Shown in pieces: positions 56,206 through 64,000 of a stretch of DNA of 64,000 nucleotides. The notes under the pieces were generated by a model. That model was not told where the DNA came from. It saw only the letters and a list, made by a program, of their open reading frames with translations, and did not search any database. The first letter of the stretch is position 1, and each line of letters begins with the position of its first letter. The translations under genes were made by a program, and so were the position numbers. The stretch covers positions 265,852 to 329,851 of the forward strand of contig CAZNOH010000001.1 in NCBI GenBank assembly GCA_964574655.1, in the 5' to 3' direction. Source of the stretch: an uncultured Candidatus Saccharibacteria bacterium. GTDB lineage: Bacteria > Patescibacteriota > JABMPQ01 > JAQVVF01.

Positions 56206-56359
56206 TTAAAATAGCTAATAATGATTTGGCTGTTTTTTTGTCTTGACTAAGTTATAAATTGTGTTAAGCTAGAAACTTGCGTTGAAGAAACGAAGTTCTG
56301 CTGTTTGGCAGGCAAGAAGTCCGCCTACGCTGAAGTTTCGGCGGACGATGGAGGAAAAG

Positions 56360-57043
56360 ATGAAACGGACGAGTCTTTGCATGTTGATGGTTGTAATGTG
56401 CGGATGTACAAGCTCTTTCGATGGCAAGCAAAATGTGAATTCCGGCAATGGCGACATCAATGGCAAGAAGGCACTCACTACTGACATGCAGCTTTCGGTC
56501 GGAGAAGTAGCACCTTTTGGCGATGGGAATGTGATTGTCATGGATATGTCAGGCAGGGAAGTTTTGCATGTCAAGGCAGTTGCAGACGGACTCAAGCGTA
56601 AGCTCAAGGGTTCGGCTTGGTCCAAAGATTCGGCAAAGTTTGCTGTTTTATATAGCGATGATCAGGGAACTGAAGTCATTGTCTATTGTATCTATGATCC
56701 TTCTCCTTGTGGAAAAGCAATGCCTCGCAATACTGCGATGATTGGATTTCGATATTTGGCTTTCAGCAGGAATCCTGGATTTGTCTTGATTTCGATTGAT
56801 GGCAAGGATGTAGAAGAATTGCCGATCAAGCCGATTCCTCCTCCGTCATCTCCAGTGTCATCTCCAGTGTTTGTCAAGGAAATCATTGATGCTGGAGCAA
56901 ATGAAGATATTGAAGTTGATGCTGGAAAGTTGAAGCCAGTTGAAGAGAGAGATCAGGAAGATTTTGAGACTGGAACAATTCCTGAACGGACGATGCCACG
57001 TCCTTCAGTAGAAACTGGAAAAGTGGTGGGTGGCAAGCTCTAA
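56360..57043 (+). CDS. Putative lipoprotein, GC-rich (about 47%), Pro/Ser-rich linker
   Basis: MKRTSLCMLMVVMCGCTSS signal/lipobox-like N-terminus; PIPPPSSPVSSPV linker; GGAGGAAAAG SD; upstream in-frame extension unlikely. Confidence 0.45.
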   Translation: MKRTSLCMLMVVMCGCTSSFDGKQNVNSGNGDINGKKALTTDMQLSVGEVAPFGDGNVIVMDMSGREVLHVKAVADGLKRKLKGSAWSKDSAKFAVLYSDDQGTEVIVYCIYDPSPCGKAMPRNTAMIGFRYLAFSRNPGFVLISIDGKDVEELPIKPIPPPSSPVSSPVFVKEIIDAGANEDIEVDAGKLKPVEERDQEDFETGTIPERTMPRPSVETGKVVGGKL

Positions 57044-57061
57044 TAGGAATTAAATTCGTAC

Positions 57062-57095
57062 TTTTTTTTAACCAAGCTTACTTGGTTTTTTTATT
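57062..57095 (+). terminator. Rho-independent terminator (AACCAAGCTTACTTGGTT plus T-run)
   Basis: 7-bp stem flanked by T-runs on both sides. Confidence 0.55.
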
Positions 57096-57185
57096 TTTAA
57101 AAAACCAATAGATATTGACAATTGTTATATTTTTTGTTAGAGTAGCTTAACTTGTTCCTTAAAAATCAGGAAGGAGGGAGAGAGA

Positions 57186-57521
57186 ATGAAGACAGAGATT
57201 AGATGGGTTTTTGTTGATCCTTGTCTGGGATTTAAGCGAGCAGGGATGCAGGTTTCTCTTTTTAAAGTGAAACGTGATGGAGAAAAATTACAGCTTATTT
57301 GTCCGATTCATTGTTTTTATGATAATCATTTTAACGCTGAAGGACTGAAAGTTGGTGATATTTTGTGCCATAAATTGAGTTTTGAGCATTTTGCCTATGC
57401 AAGTCGTAATGATGAACATCATTTTCTAGTTGTAGTTGGCATTTCTGAAAAAGAAATTGAATTTTCATCTGTTTTTGAAAAAGTAGAAGATCTTTTTGCA
57501 TATTTGGATAAGAAAAAGTGA
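57186..57521 (+). CDS. Hypothetical protein (111 aa) with extended SD
   Basis: AGGAAGGAGGGAGAGAG 5 nt upstream of the ATG; Cys/His-containing (CPIHC...HKLSFEH). Confidence 0.4.
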   Translation: MKTEIRWVFVDPCLGFKRAGMQVSLFKVKRDGEKLQLICPIHCFYDNHFNAEGLKVGDILCHKLSFEHFAYASRNDEHHFLVVVGISEKEIEFSSVFEKVEDLFAYLDKKK

Positions 57522-58095
57522 ACTTTGCAATCGAAGAATAATCTTCGATTTTTTATTTATCAATATATTTCTGAAAATTTTCTTGACAAATTTTTTTATA
57601 ATAATAATATATAAACTATGTTGTTCTTTTTCACAGCAAGGGAAGAAGTGGAGTGAAGATTTTTTGGCGCTTTGCGCGTTTTTTTGGCCAATTTTTTTCG
57701 ATTCTCTTGGCCGTAAGGCCAAACAATGGGGATAAGAAATATAAGAAGATCTAGTTAAGCCAAAAAAATGCTTTGTTGAAGAGTTTTTCCGAAACAGAGT
57801 TAAATATTATTTGTTATTATATTATCGTTAAAATTCTCTCTCATCTTTATGACGGATTTTAACTGGCTCCCATAACTTTGCTGGTAGATATCTTTGGAGG
57901 TTACGGCTTCTGAAGACTAACGTGGAACAGTCAAGTTTCACGCCATACAATATAACCACGCTAATTTTTTATTTGATTTTTTTCTTTTGAATTTTTGGTG
58001 TGGTTGTTTTTTTTCGATTTGATTTTTTTATTGCTTTACTAGGTTTATTTTTGTATTATATCTGTAGATTGTAGCTTCTCAAAGGGAGGAAGAAA

Positions 58096-58509
58096 ATGGC
58101 TGGAAAAAAGGTGAGTGTCTGGAAAGAAAACTATTTGAGCAAAGAAATAAGACAGGGATTGTTGGCTTGGGCAGTAGTTATCGGAATCTGTTTGCTGATA
58201 AAATTGATTTTTGATGTAAGCTTTTGGCTGTGTTTAGCAACTTTCTGGGCAATATGTGTAGCTCTTTATTATTTTGTGAATTTGGGTATTGCAATACATG
58301 ATTTCATGAAAAAACTGCTTTATGAAAGAAATTTTTTTGTGGAGAATAAAAAGAATGTCAGAAAAGCACTGATTTGGTTGATAGTTGTAATTTCAAGTTC
58401 CGTTTTCTGTTCGATTAATTTGGGATGGTTTTTCGGTTTACTTTTTATTGTTCCTTGTTTGCTCTTGATCTATTGGACATTCGTAAATAAAGAATGTCCG
58501 CGTGTTTGA
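58096..58509 (+). CDS. Small membrane protein (3-4 TM helices)
   Basis: Hydrophobic segments; AAGGGAGGAAGAAA SD. Confidence 0.4.
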   Translation: MAGKKVSVWKENYLSKEIRQGLLAWAVVIGICLLIKLIFDVSFWLCLATFWAICVALYYFVNLGIAIHDFMKKLLYERNFFVENKKNVRKALIWLIVVISSSVFCSINLGWFFGLLFIVPCLLLIYWTFVNKECPRV

Positions 58510-58570
58510 CAGGCTATGCCTGTTTTTTTTGCACTTGAATTTTGTGTTGGATAAGGTAAAATTATATTAT

Positions 58571-59110
58571 ATGGTCAAAATAATTTTTGAATCGCATGGA
58601 ACAACATTAGATAATGAAGCAGGACTTTCGTCTGGCTGGTTTGATGTTGAATTGTCTGATCTTGGAAAAAGGCAGGCAAAGGAATTGGGAGAGCGACATA
58701 AAAATAAACATTATGATGCGATTTTTTGTTCTGATTTGAGCAGGTCATATAATACTGCTGAAATTGCTTTTTTAAATCGAGACTTTAGAATTATTAATGA
58801 CAAGAGATTGAGAGAATGCGACTACGGCGATTTTACAAAACACAAAAGTTCTGAAGTTGAGAAAATGAAAAAAGATCATATTGAAAAACCATTTCCAAAA
58901 GGCGAAAGCTATATGCAAACTTCAGAAAGAATGAAAAGTTTTTTGCAAGATTTGTTGAAAAATTATAATAATAAAACTGTCATGATCATTGGCCATCGAG
59001 CAACTCAATATGGTTTGGAGCATTGGATCAATGATGTTGATTTGAAAAAAGTAGTAACTGATCCATGGATTTGGCAATCTGGCTGGACTTATTATTTAGA
59101 AAGAATATAA
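58571..59110 (+). CDS. Histidine phosphatase family protein (phosphoglycerate-mutase-like/SixA-like)
   Basis: IIFESHGTT (RHG-like) N-terminal motif and IIGHRATQ near the C-terminus; internal ATG at 58571 preferred over the 58502 start. Confidence 0.55.
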   Translation: MVKIIFESHGTTLDNEAGLSSGWFDVELSDLGKRQAKELGERHKNKHYDAIFCSDLSRSYNTAEIAFLNRDFRIINDKRLRECDYGDFTKHKSSEVEKMKKDHIEKPFPKGESYMQTSERMKSFLQDLLKNYNNKTVMIIGHRATQYGLEHWINDVDLKKVVTDPWIWQSGWTYYLERI

Positions 59111-59147
59111 TAGATCGTTCCTTTCAAATTCAGAGGAGGGAAGAGCA

Positions 59148-59501
59148 ATGATAGGCGTTATGTTGCATCAGTATTTTATTTATCCGTACATACCAATATC
59201 TTTGCCGTACGGTAGTGACTCAATATTACGAAAATTGCGTTTATCTGAAAATGGATATATCGGATCAGTTGTAATTAAAAAACTGATAGGCAATTTGTTT
59301 GTTTTTGCAGACTATATTAAGCCAGGAGATATTTTTGAAGCAGTTCTTGTAACAATAAATATGCCTGGAGAAAGATTGCTTGGCTATTGTTCTGTTTTAT
59401 CTGTTGCCGATAATAATCTTGTTTTGTCTGATAATTTCAGATCAAAAAATGAAGCACAGATAGCATATACATTAGCAACTAAAATGAGAGATTCGGAATG
59501 A
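59148..59501 (+). CDS. Hypothetical protein (117 aa)
   Basis: ORF with AGAGGAGGGAAGAG SD. Confidence 0.35.
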   Translation: MIGVMLHQYFIYPYIPISLPYGSDSILRKLRLSENGYIGSVVIKKLIGNLFVFADYIKPGDIFEAVLVTINMPGERLLGYCSVLSVADNNLVLSDNFRSKNEAQIAYTLATKMRDSE

Positions 59502-59666
59502 TCCTTTTGTTTACCGAAAACTAGTTTTTCGGTTTTTTATTTATCACAAATCTCATGAATGCCGTGTGGCCACTAATTTCACAAATGTTTAGTCGCGAAT
59601 TATACTAATGAGATGATTGATTATCACTTCTTTTTATTGTAAGCTAGAAAGGTGAAATAAAAAATT

Positions 59667-59897
59667 ATGCTGATTAAAGTAAAAGTATTTCCGAATGAAA
59701 AAAAAGATGAGATAATAAAGAAGTCAGAAGATAGCTTTATTATCAAGGTAAAAGAAAAAGCAGAATTAGGCCAAGCAAATAAAGCAGTGATTTGGCTTTT
59801 GTCTTTACATTTTCAAATTCCGGGAAACAAATTTAGGATAATTAAGGGAGGGAAAGAAAGAAATAAGATAATTGAGATAATCACATATGGAAAATAA
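59667..59897 (+). CDS. DUF167 (YggU/UPF0235) family protein
   Basis: IKVKVFPNEKKDEI...ELGQANKAVIWLLSLHFQIP...IIKGGKERNKIIEI follows the DUF167 pattern. Confidence 0.55.
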   Translation: MLIKVKVFPNEKKDEIIKKSEDSFIIKVKEKAELGQANKAVIWLLSLHFQIPGNKFRIIKGGKERNKIIEIITYGK

Positions 59898-60996
59898 CAA
59901 AATGAAAATTTTGATTAGCAGTATTTCGGCTACTCCAAGCCCTTTTTATTTGTTGCGCGAAATGGCTTCAAGAAAATTTGACTCTTTGAAATTTTTGCGA
60001 AAAAAGAACAAAGCTTTGAAAGAGTTAAATAGCAAATTTTGGGGCGAAAATTTTTATGATGGTGTGGAGTTAAATTTTCCTGGCTTAGGTTTTTTTGATA
60101 GCAATTGGAATATAAAAAAGGATAGAGTGATGGAATACAAAAGAAGCAATTATCCTTTTTATTCTTTTCATGGTTGTTTTGATTCTTTTCCGAAAAATTT
60201 TAAAGGACTATATTTCAATCTAGCTTCTTCTGATAATTATGTATCAAAAGCTTTGAAGTCTCAGATTGATGTTGCAGCAAGACTTAGCAAAGATATGCCA
60301 ATTTTGGTTTTACATCCGGGCTTTGCTGATAAATGTAGCAAGGAAAGAGCGTTAGATAATTTGTTATTTAATTTAGAAGGAGCTCTTCCTTATGCGAGAA
60401 GAAGAAATGTGATTTTGACTTTGGAGAATATGAATTGGAATCCAGTGCGGAAAAATTTGGGATATTTTGCTGATGATTTTGATTATGTTTTTCGCAGATT
60501 AGATGATCCGAATCTGAAAGTAACGTTTGATATTGGGCACATGAATACTCAGGTTCTGAATAGGAAATTTAGAATCTGCCATGACATTGAAAATCTTTCG
60601 CATGTTTCAGAGTTTGTTGATAGGATGTCCAAAAGAATTATTCATGCTCATCTTCATTATAATAATTGCCATCATAATTTTGACAATATGTCAGAAATGT
60701 TGAAACGAAGTATTACGAAATGGTTTTATTTGGGTTTTATGCTGTGGATGAAGATAAATAGATCAATTATAGCTAATCAAAGTGATTTGTTTGATGAACA
60801 TTTACCGCTTAACAAAGCAGACAAGATAACAATGGATGCAATAAGTAATTTGTTAGATAAAACATCTATAAGAGAATATGGACGTTTAACTTTTGAGTTT
60901 ACGCCAAAGAAAATTTTTAAATTTGTGGCGATGAAAAACGGCGCTGATATGAAAGATCATTTAGCTAGTTTGCAGTTGTTAAGAAAGATGATTTAG
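59887..60996 (+). CDS. Sugar-phosphate isomerase/epimerase-like TIM-barrel protein (xylose isomerase-like, AP endonuclease 2 family)
   Basis: LTLENM and FDIGHMNTQ metal-ligand motifs and VLHPGF; overlaps the previous stop by 11 nt; alternative start at 59902. Confidence 0.5.
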   Translation: MENNKMKILISSISATPSPFYLLREMASRKFDSLKFLRKKNKALKELNSKFWGENFYDGVELNFPGLGFFDSNWNIKKDRVMEYKRSNYPFYSFHGCFDSFPKNFKGLYFNLASSDNYVSKALKSQIDVAARLSKDMPILVLHPGFADKCSKERALDNLLFNLEGALPYARRRNVILTLENMNWNPVRKNLGYFADDFDYVFRRLDDPNLKVTFDIGHMNTQVLNRKFRICHDIENLSHVSEFVDRMSKRIIHAHLHYNNCHHNFDNMSEMLKRSITKWFYLGFMLWMKINRSIIANQSDLFDEHLPLNKADKITMDAISNLLDKTSIREYGRLTFEFTPKKIFKFVAMKNGADMKDHLASLQLLRKMI

Positions 60997-61108
60997 TTAT
61001 AATTTAAAGTATTATTCTATTTATATATTATTAAATTGTTGCATTGCTAAATTGTTAAATAATTTTTATTTTAGCAATTTAATAATTTAATAATTAAACA
61101 ATTAAGCT

Positions 61109-61342
61109 ATGGCAAAAGTAAAAGTTTATAGTACGCCAACATGCCCTTACTGCGTGCAAGCAAAGGATTATTTAAAAAGCAAGGACGTTGAATATGAGGA
61201 AATTGATGTTGCTGTTGATGAAGCAGGCAGAAATGAAATGGTTGAAAAATCAGGACAAATGGGAGTGCCAGTAATTTTGATTGGTGAAGAATATATTGTT
61301 GGTTTTGATCGTGGAAAGATTGATGAATTGCTGGAAAAATAA
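61109..61342 (+). CDS. Glutaredoxin-like protein (CPYC active site)
   Basis: YSTPTCPYCVQAK...GVPVILIGEEYIVGFD thioredoxin-fold glutaredoxin pattern, 77 aa. Confidence 0.8.
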   Translation: MAKVKVYSTPTCPYCVQAKDYLKSKDVEYEEIDVAVDEAGRNEMVEKSGQMGVPVILIGEEYIVGFDRGKIDELLEK

Positions 61343-61478
61343 AAATATAGAAATTGTCATCCTGAATCGCAGTGCCTGCCTGCCGGTAGGCAGGAAGGAT
61401 TACGTTTTAATAAACAATTACGGGATTCTTCGCTTCGCTCAGAATGACAAATATTTATTTTTAGGTTTTTAAATTACA

Positions 61479-62357
61479 ATGAGTAAGATTTTATTATTGT
61501 TGGCATTATTGGCGGTGCAAATAACTCCATCAGTTGGCGGTAATTTAGATATGCAAAAAAAGGTTGATGATTTAGGGCCGATCAAGAAAACAGAGAGTTT
61601 GGGAATGCAAATAACAGCAAAATCAGCGATTGTCTTAGATCGCAAAACAAAAAAAGTTTTGTATGAAAAAAATCCAAATCAAAGAATGGCAATGGCGAGT
61701 TTGACTAAGTTAATGACGGCAATCGTTTTTTTGGAGGAAAGCAAGAAAAAGCTTGATGAACGTTTTTTGGTGCCTTATGAAATTACGGTTTTAGATGGTG
61801 CTGGCATTGGATTAGTGCCTGGAGAAGAAATATCCTACAAGGATTTGTTTTGGGGAGCTTTGATTGGATCTGGAAATGATGCAGCAGAAGGACTAGCTTT
61901 AACTTTAGGCAACCGTAAGGAATTTATTGACAAAATGAATGAGAAAGCAAAAGAATTAGGGCTTTTAGATACTCATTTTGCTTGTGCATCAGGACTTGAT
62001 ACTGAAAATCATTATTCTACAGCTTCGGATATGGCGAAAATTTTGGATTATGCTTTAGGCATTAAAGAGATCAAAGAAGCAATGAAAGTAAAAGAATTTG
62101 ATGTTCATTCGTTGAACACAGATCTTGTTCACCATGTTTTGAATACAAATAGACTGCTTAGATATGATTATCCAAAAATGAAAGGCGGAAAAACTGGTTA
62201 TACTGAAGCTGCTGGTTTTTGCTTGGCTTCTTATTCTCTGGATGAGAAAGATAACGGAATTATTACTGTTGTGATGAATTCTGATTTGGATGGCAACCAG
62301 TTTCAAGATACAAAAGCATTGGTTGATTGGACGTATAATAATTATAAATGGAAATAA
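61479..62357 (+). CDS. D-alanyl-D-alanine carboxypeptidase (PBP5/6-like, peptidase S11)
   Basis: Signal peptide; SLTKLMT (SxxK), GSGND (SxN) and KGGKTGYT (KTG) motifs. Confidence 0.8.
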   Translation: MSKILLLLALLAVQITPSVGGNLDMQKKVDDLGPIKKTESLGMQITAKSAIVLDRKTKKVLYEKNPNQRMAMASLTKLMTAIVFLEESKKKLDERFLVPYEITVLDGAGIGLVPGEEISYKDLFWGALIGSGNDAAEGLALTLGNRKEFIDKMNEKAKELGLLDTHFACASGLDTENHYSTASDMAKILDYALGIKEIKEAMKVKEFDVHSLNTDLVHHVLNTNRLLRYDYPKMKGGKTGYTEAAGFCLASYSLDEKDNGIITVVMNSDLDGNQFQDTKALVDWTYNNYKWK

Positions 62358-62399
62358 ATTGAGATTGAAAAATAAGCCAAAATATTTTATAATAATGAC

Positions 62400-63458
62400 A
62401 TGCAACATATACAAGATATAATTTTAGTGACAAATTCCGCAAAAGTTTTAATTATAACAGCAATAGCTTTTGTGACTGCAATTTTATTGACTCCTGTTCT
62501 GACCCATTTTTTGTATAAATATAAATTAGGCAAGAATATCAGAACTTCTGGAGCGCCAGTTTATACAAAATTGCATCAAAAAAAAGCAGGCACGCCAACG
62601 ATGGGTGGGATTTTGATTTGGGCTACGGTTTTGATTTTAATTCTTTTGTTTTTGATATTAAGCAAACTGTTTCCTGATTATTTTGGCTGGATGAATTTTA
62701 TGTCAAGATCAGAAACTTGGTTGCCATTATTTGCATTAATTATAACTGCATTAATTGGTCTTGTTGATGACTTGATGAATGTTTTTAAAATCGGTCCAAA
62801 AGGCGGAGGATTGAGGATACGGGCAAAGATTGTTTTGTATACTTTAGTGGCAACAATTGGAGCTTGGTGGTTTTATTACAAATTGGGATGGGATTCTTTG
62901 CATGTTCCAGGTGTCGGTGATTTTACAATTGGCTGGTGGTATTTTCCATTATTTGTTTTAGTGATTGTCGCAACTTCTTTTTCGGTTAATGAGTCGGATG
63001 GTTTGGATGGATTAGCTGGCGGAATTTTGCTGACTTGTTTCAGCGCTTATGCGGTTATTGCTTTTATGCAAGGCAAGGTTGATTTAGCTACTTTTTGCGG
63101 TGCTGTTGTTGGAGCTTTGCTAGCATTCTTGTGGTTCAATATTTATCCAGCAAGATTTTTTATGGGCGATACTGGTGCTTTTGGCTTAGGCACAACTTTG
63201 GGAGTAATTGCAATGCTGACTAATTCGGTTTTAGTATTGCCAATTATTGCTTTGCCTTTGGTTTTAGAATCTGGTTCAGTTATTATCCAAATGATTTCTA
63301 AAAAATTATTTAAGCATAAAGTTTTTATTTCAACTCCAATTCATCATCATTTTGAAGCATTAGGCTGGCCGGAAACAAAAGTAACAATGAGATTTTGGAT
63401 TATTGCAATTATATCGGCGGGATTAGGGTTGATTATAGGATTGATTGGAAGAGGCTAA
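62400..63458 (+). CDS. mraY: Phospho-N-acetylmuramoyl-pentapeptide transferase MraY
   Basis: TPTMGGILI, VDDLMNVFKIGPKGGGL, NESDGLDGLAGG and HHHFE motifs; 10 TM helices. Confidence 0.9.
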   Translation: MQHIQDIILVTNSAKVLIITAIAFVTAILLTPVLTHFLYKYKLGKNIRTSGAPVYTKLHQKKAGTPTMGGILIWATVLILILLFLILSKLFPDYFGWMNFMSRSETWLPLFALIITALIGLVDDLMNVFKIGPKGGGLRIRAKIVLYTLVATIGAWWFYYKLGWDSLHVPGVGDFTIGWWYFPLFVLVIVATSFSVNESDGLDGLAGGILLTCFSAYAVIAFMQGKVDLATFCGAVVGALLAFLWFNIYPARFFMGDTGAFGLGTTLGVIAMLTNSVLVLPIIALPLVLESGSVIIQMISKKLFKHKVFISTPIHHHFEALGWPETKVTMRFWIIAIISAGLGLIIGLIGRG

Positions 63459-63502
63459 AATTAATAACAAAATAACTAAATTAGAAATAACAAAATTTTT
63501 TT

Positions 63503-64000
63503 ATGCAAGAAAAAATAACTATTGGTGTTTTGTTTGGAGGAAGATCTGGTGAGCATGAGGTTTCTTTAGTTTCGGCAACTTCTGTTATTTCTAAATTAGA
63601 TAAAGAAAAATACGATGTTGTATCAATTGGCATTTCGAAAGAAGGCCATATTATTTATGGTGATAATGCAATGAAAAGATTAAAAGATGGGGAGCAGATT
63701 TTTGAAAGCGAAGTCATGATTTCTTGTGATCCTACAGATTCTGGTTTAATTGATTTAAAAAGCAGAGACGAGGCATTGTCTCGTCTTTACAAAAAAATTA
63801 AAATAGATTGTTATTTTCCTGTATTGCATGGAACATATGGCGAGGATGGAACAATGCAAGGATTATTAGATTTGAGTGGCGTTGCTTATGTTGGTGCAGG
63901 TGTAATTGGTTCCTCTTGCGGTATGGATAAAGTGGTGATGAAGAAATTGTTTAGACAGGCTGGATTAAATATTGTTGATGATTACGTGTTGATTCGTTCA
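63503..64000 (+). CDS. ddl: D-alanine--D-alanine ligase (3'-truncated by the window edge)
   Basis: ITIGVLFGGRSGEHEVSLVSA and FPVLHGTYGEDGTMQGLLDLSGVAYVGAGV N-terminal Ddl motifs; the ORF runs off the window end. Confidence 0.8.
   Translation, partial: MQEKITIGVLFGGRSGEHEVSLVSATSVISKLDKEKYDVVSIGISKEGHIIYGDNAMKRLKDGEQIFESEVMISCDPTDSGLIDLKSRDEALSRLYKKIKIDCYFPVLHGTYGEDGTMQGLLDLSGVAYVGAGVIGSSCGMDKVVMKKLFRQAGLNIVDDYVLIRS

Noticed and set aside
59887-59901. Alternative later start (ATG 59902, MKILISS...) for the TIM-barrel gene to avoid the 11-nt overlap with the DUF167 gene
   Set aside because: Both starts are plausible; short overlaps are common in compact genomes, so the ORF-track start was kept, with lower confidence.

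Overview
The window is a low-GC (about 30-35%) bacterial chromosome segment with small genes, a compact layout and typical Patescibacteria/CPR-type content (DUF4012 protein, GldA/F/G-like ABC system, MurJ, MraY, Ddl, PBP5-like carboxypeptidase, PrsA-like PPIase, LexA, RNase P RNA). Standard genetic code.

Main contents:
- A surface-polysaccharide locus (priming sugar transferase, three GT4 glycosyltransferases, a Wzz-like protein, a DUF4012 protein, MurJ).
- Six members of a paralogous protein family: a conserved ~70-aa N-terminal domain followed by variable LRR-like C-termini.
- A free-standing LAGLIDADG homing endonuclease immediately upstream of lepA.
- A tRNA-Thr/tRNA-Gly pair on the minus strand with an unusual hairpin leader.
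- A compositionally foreign island (38.4-44.6 kb, about 45-50% GC) carrying argS, arginine deiminase, ornithine aminotransferase, an amidinotransferase-family hydrolase and a tandem array of five tRNA-Arg genes with five different anticodons.
- A candidate Arg-codon leader-peptide attenuator just upstream of the island region.
- An SOS-like cluster: lexA, a small ORF, a radical-SAM/SPASM enzyme, and dinB.
- Several families of intergenic palindromic/MITE-like repeats, one of which carries a GxxExxY gene between perfect 28-bp inverted repeats.

The NUDIX hydrolase and dinB genes each carry an in-frame TAA. No CRISPR array, rRNA or integrase was seen.
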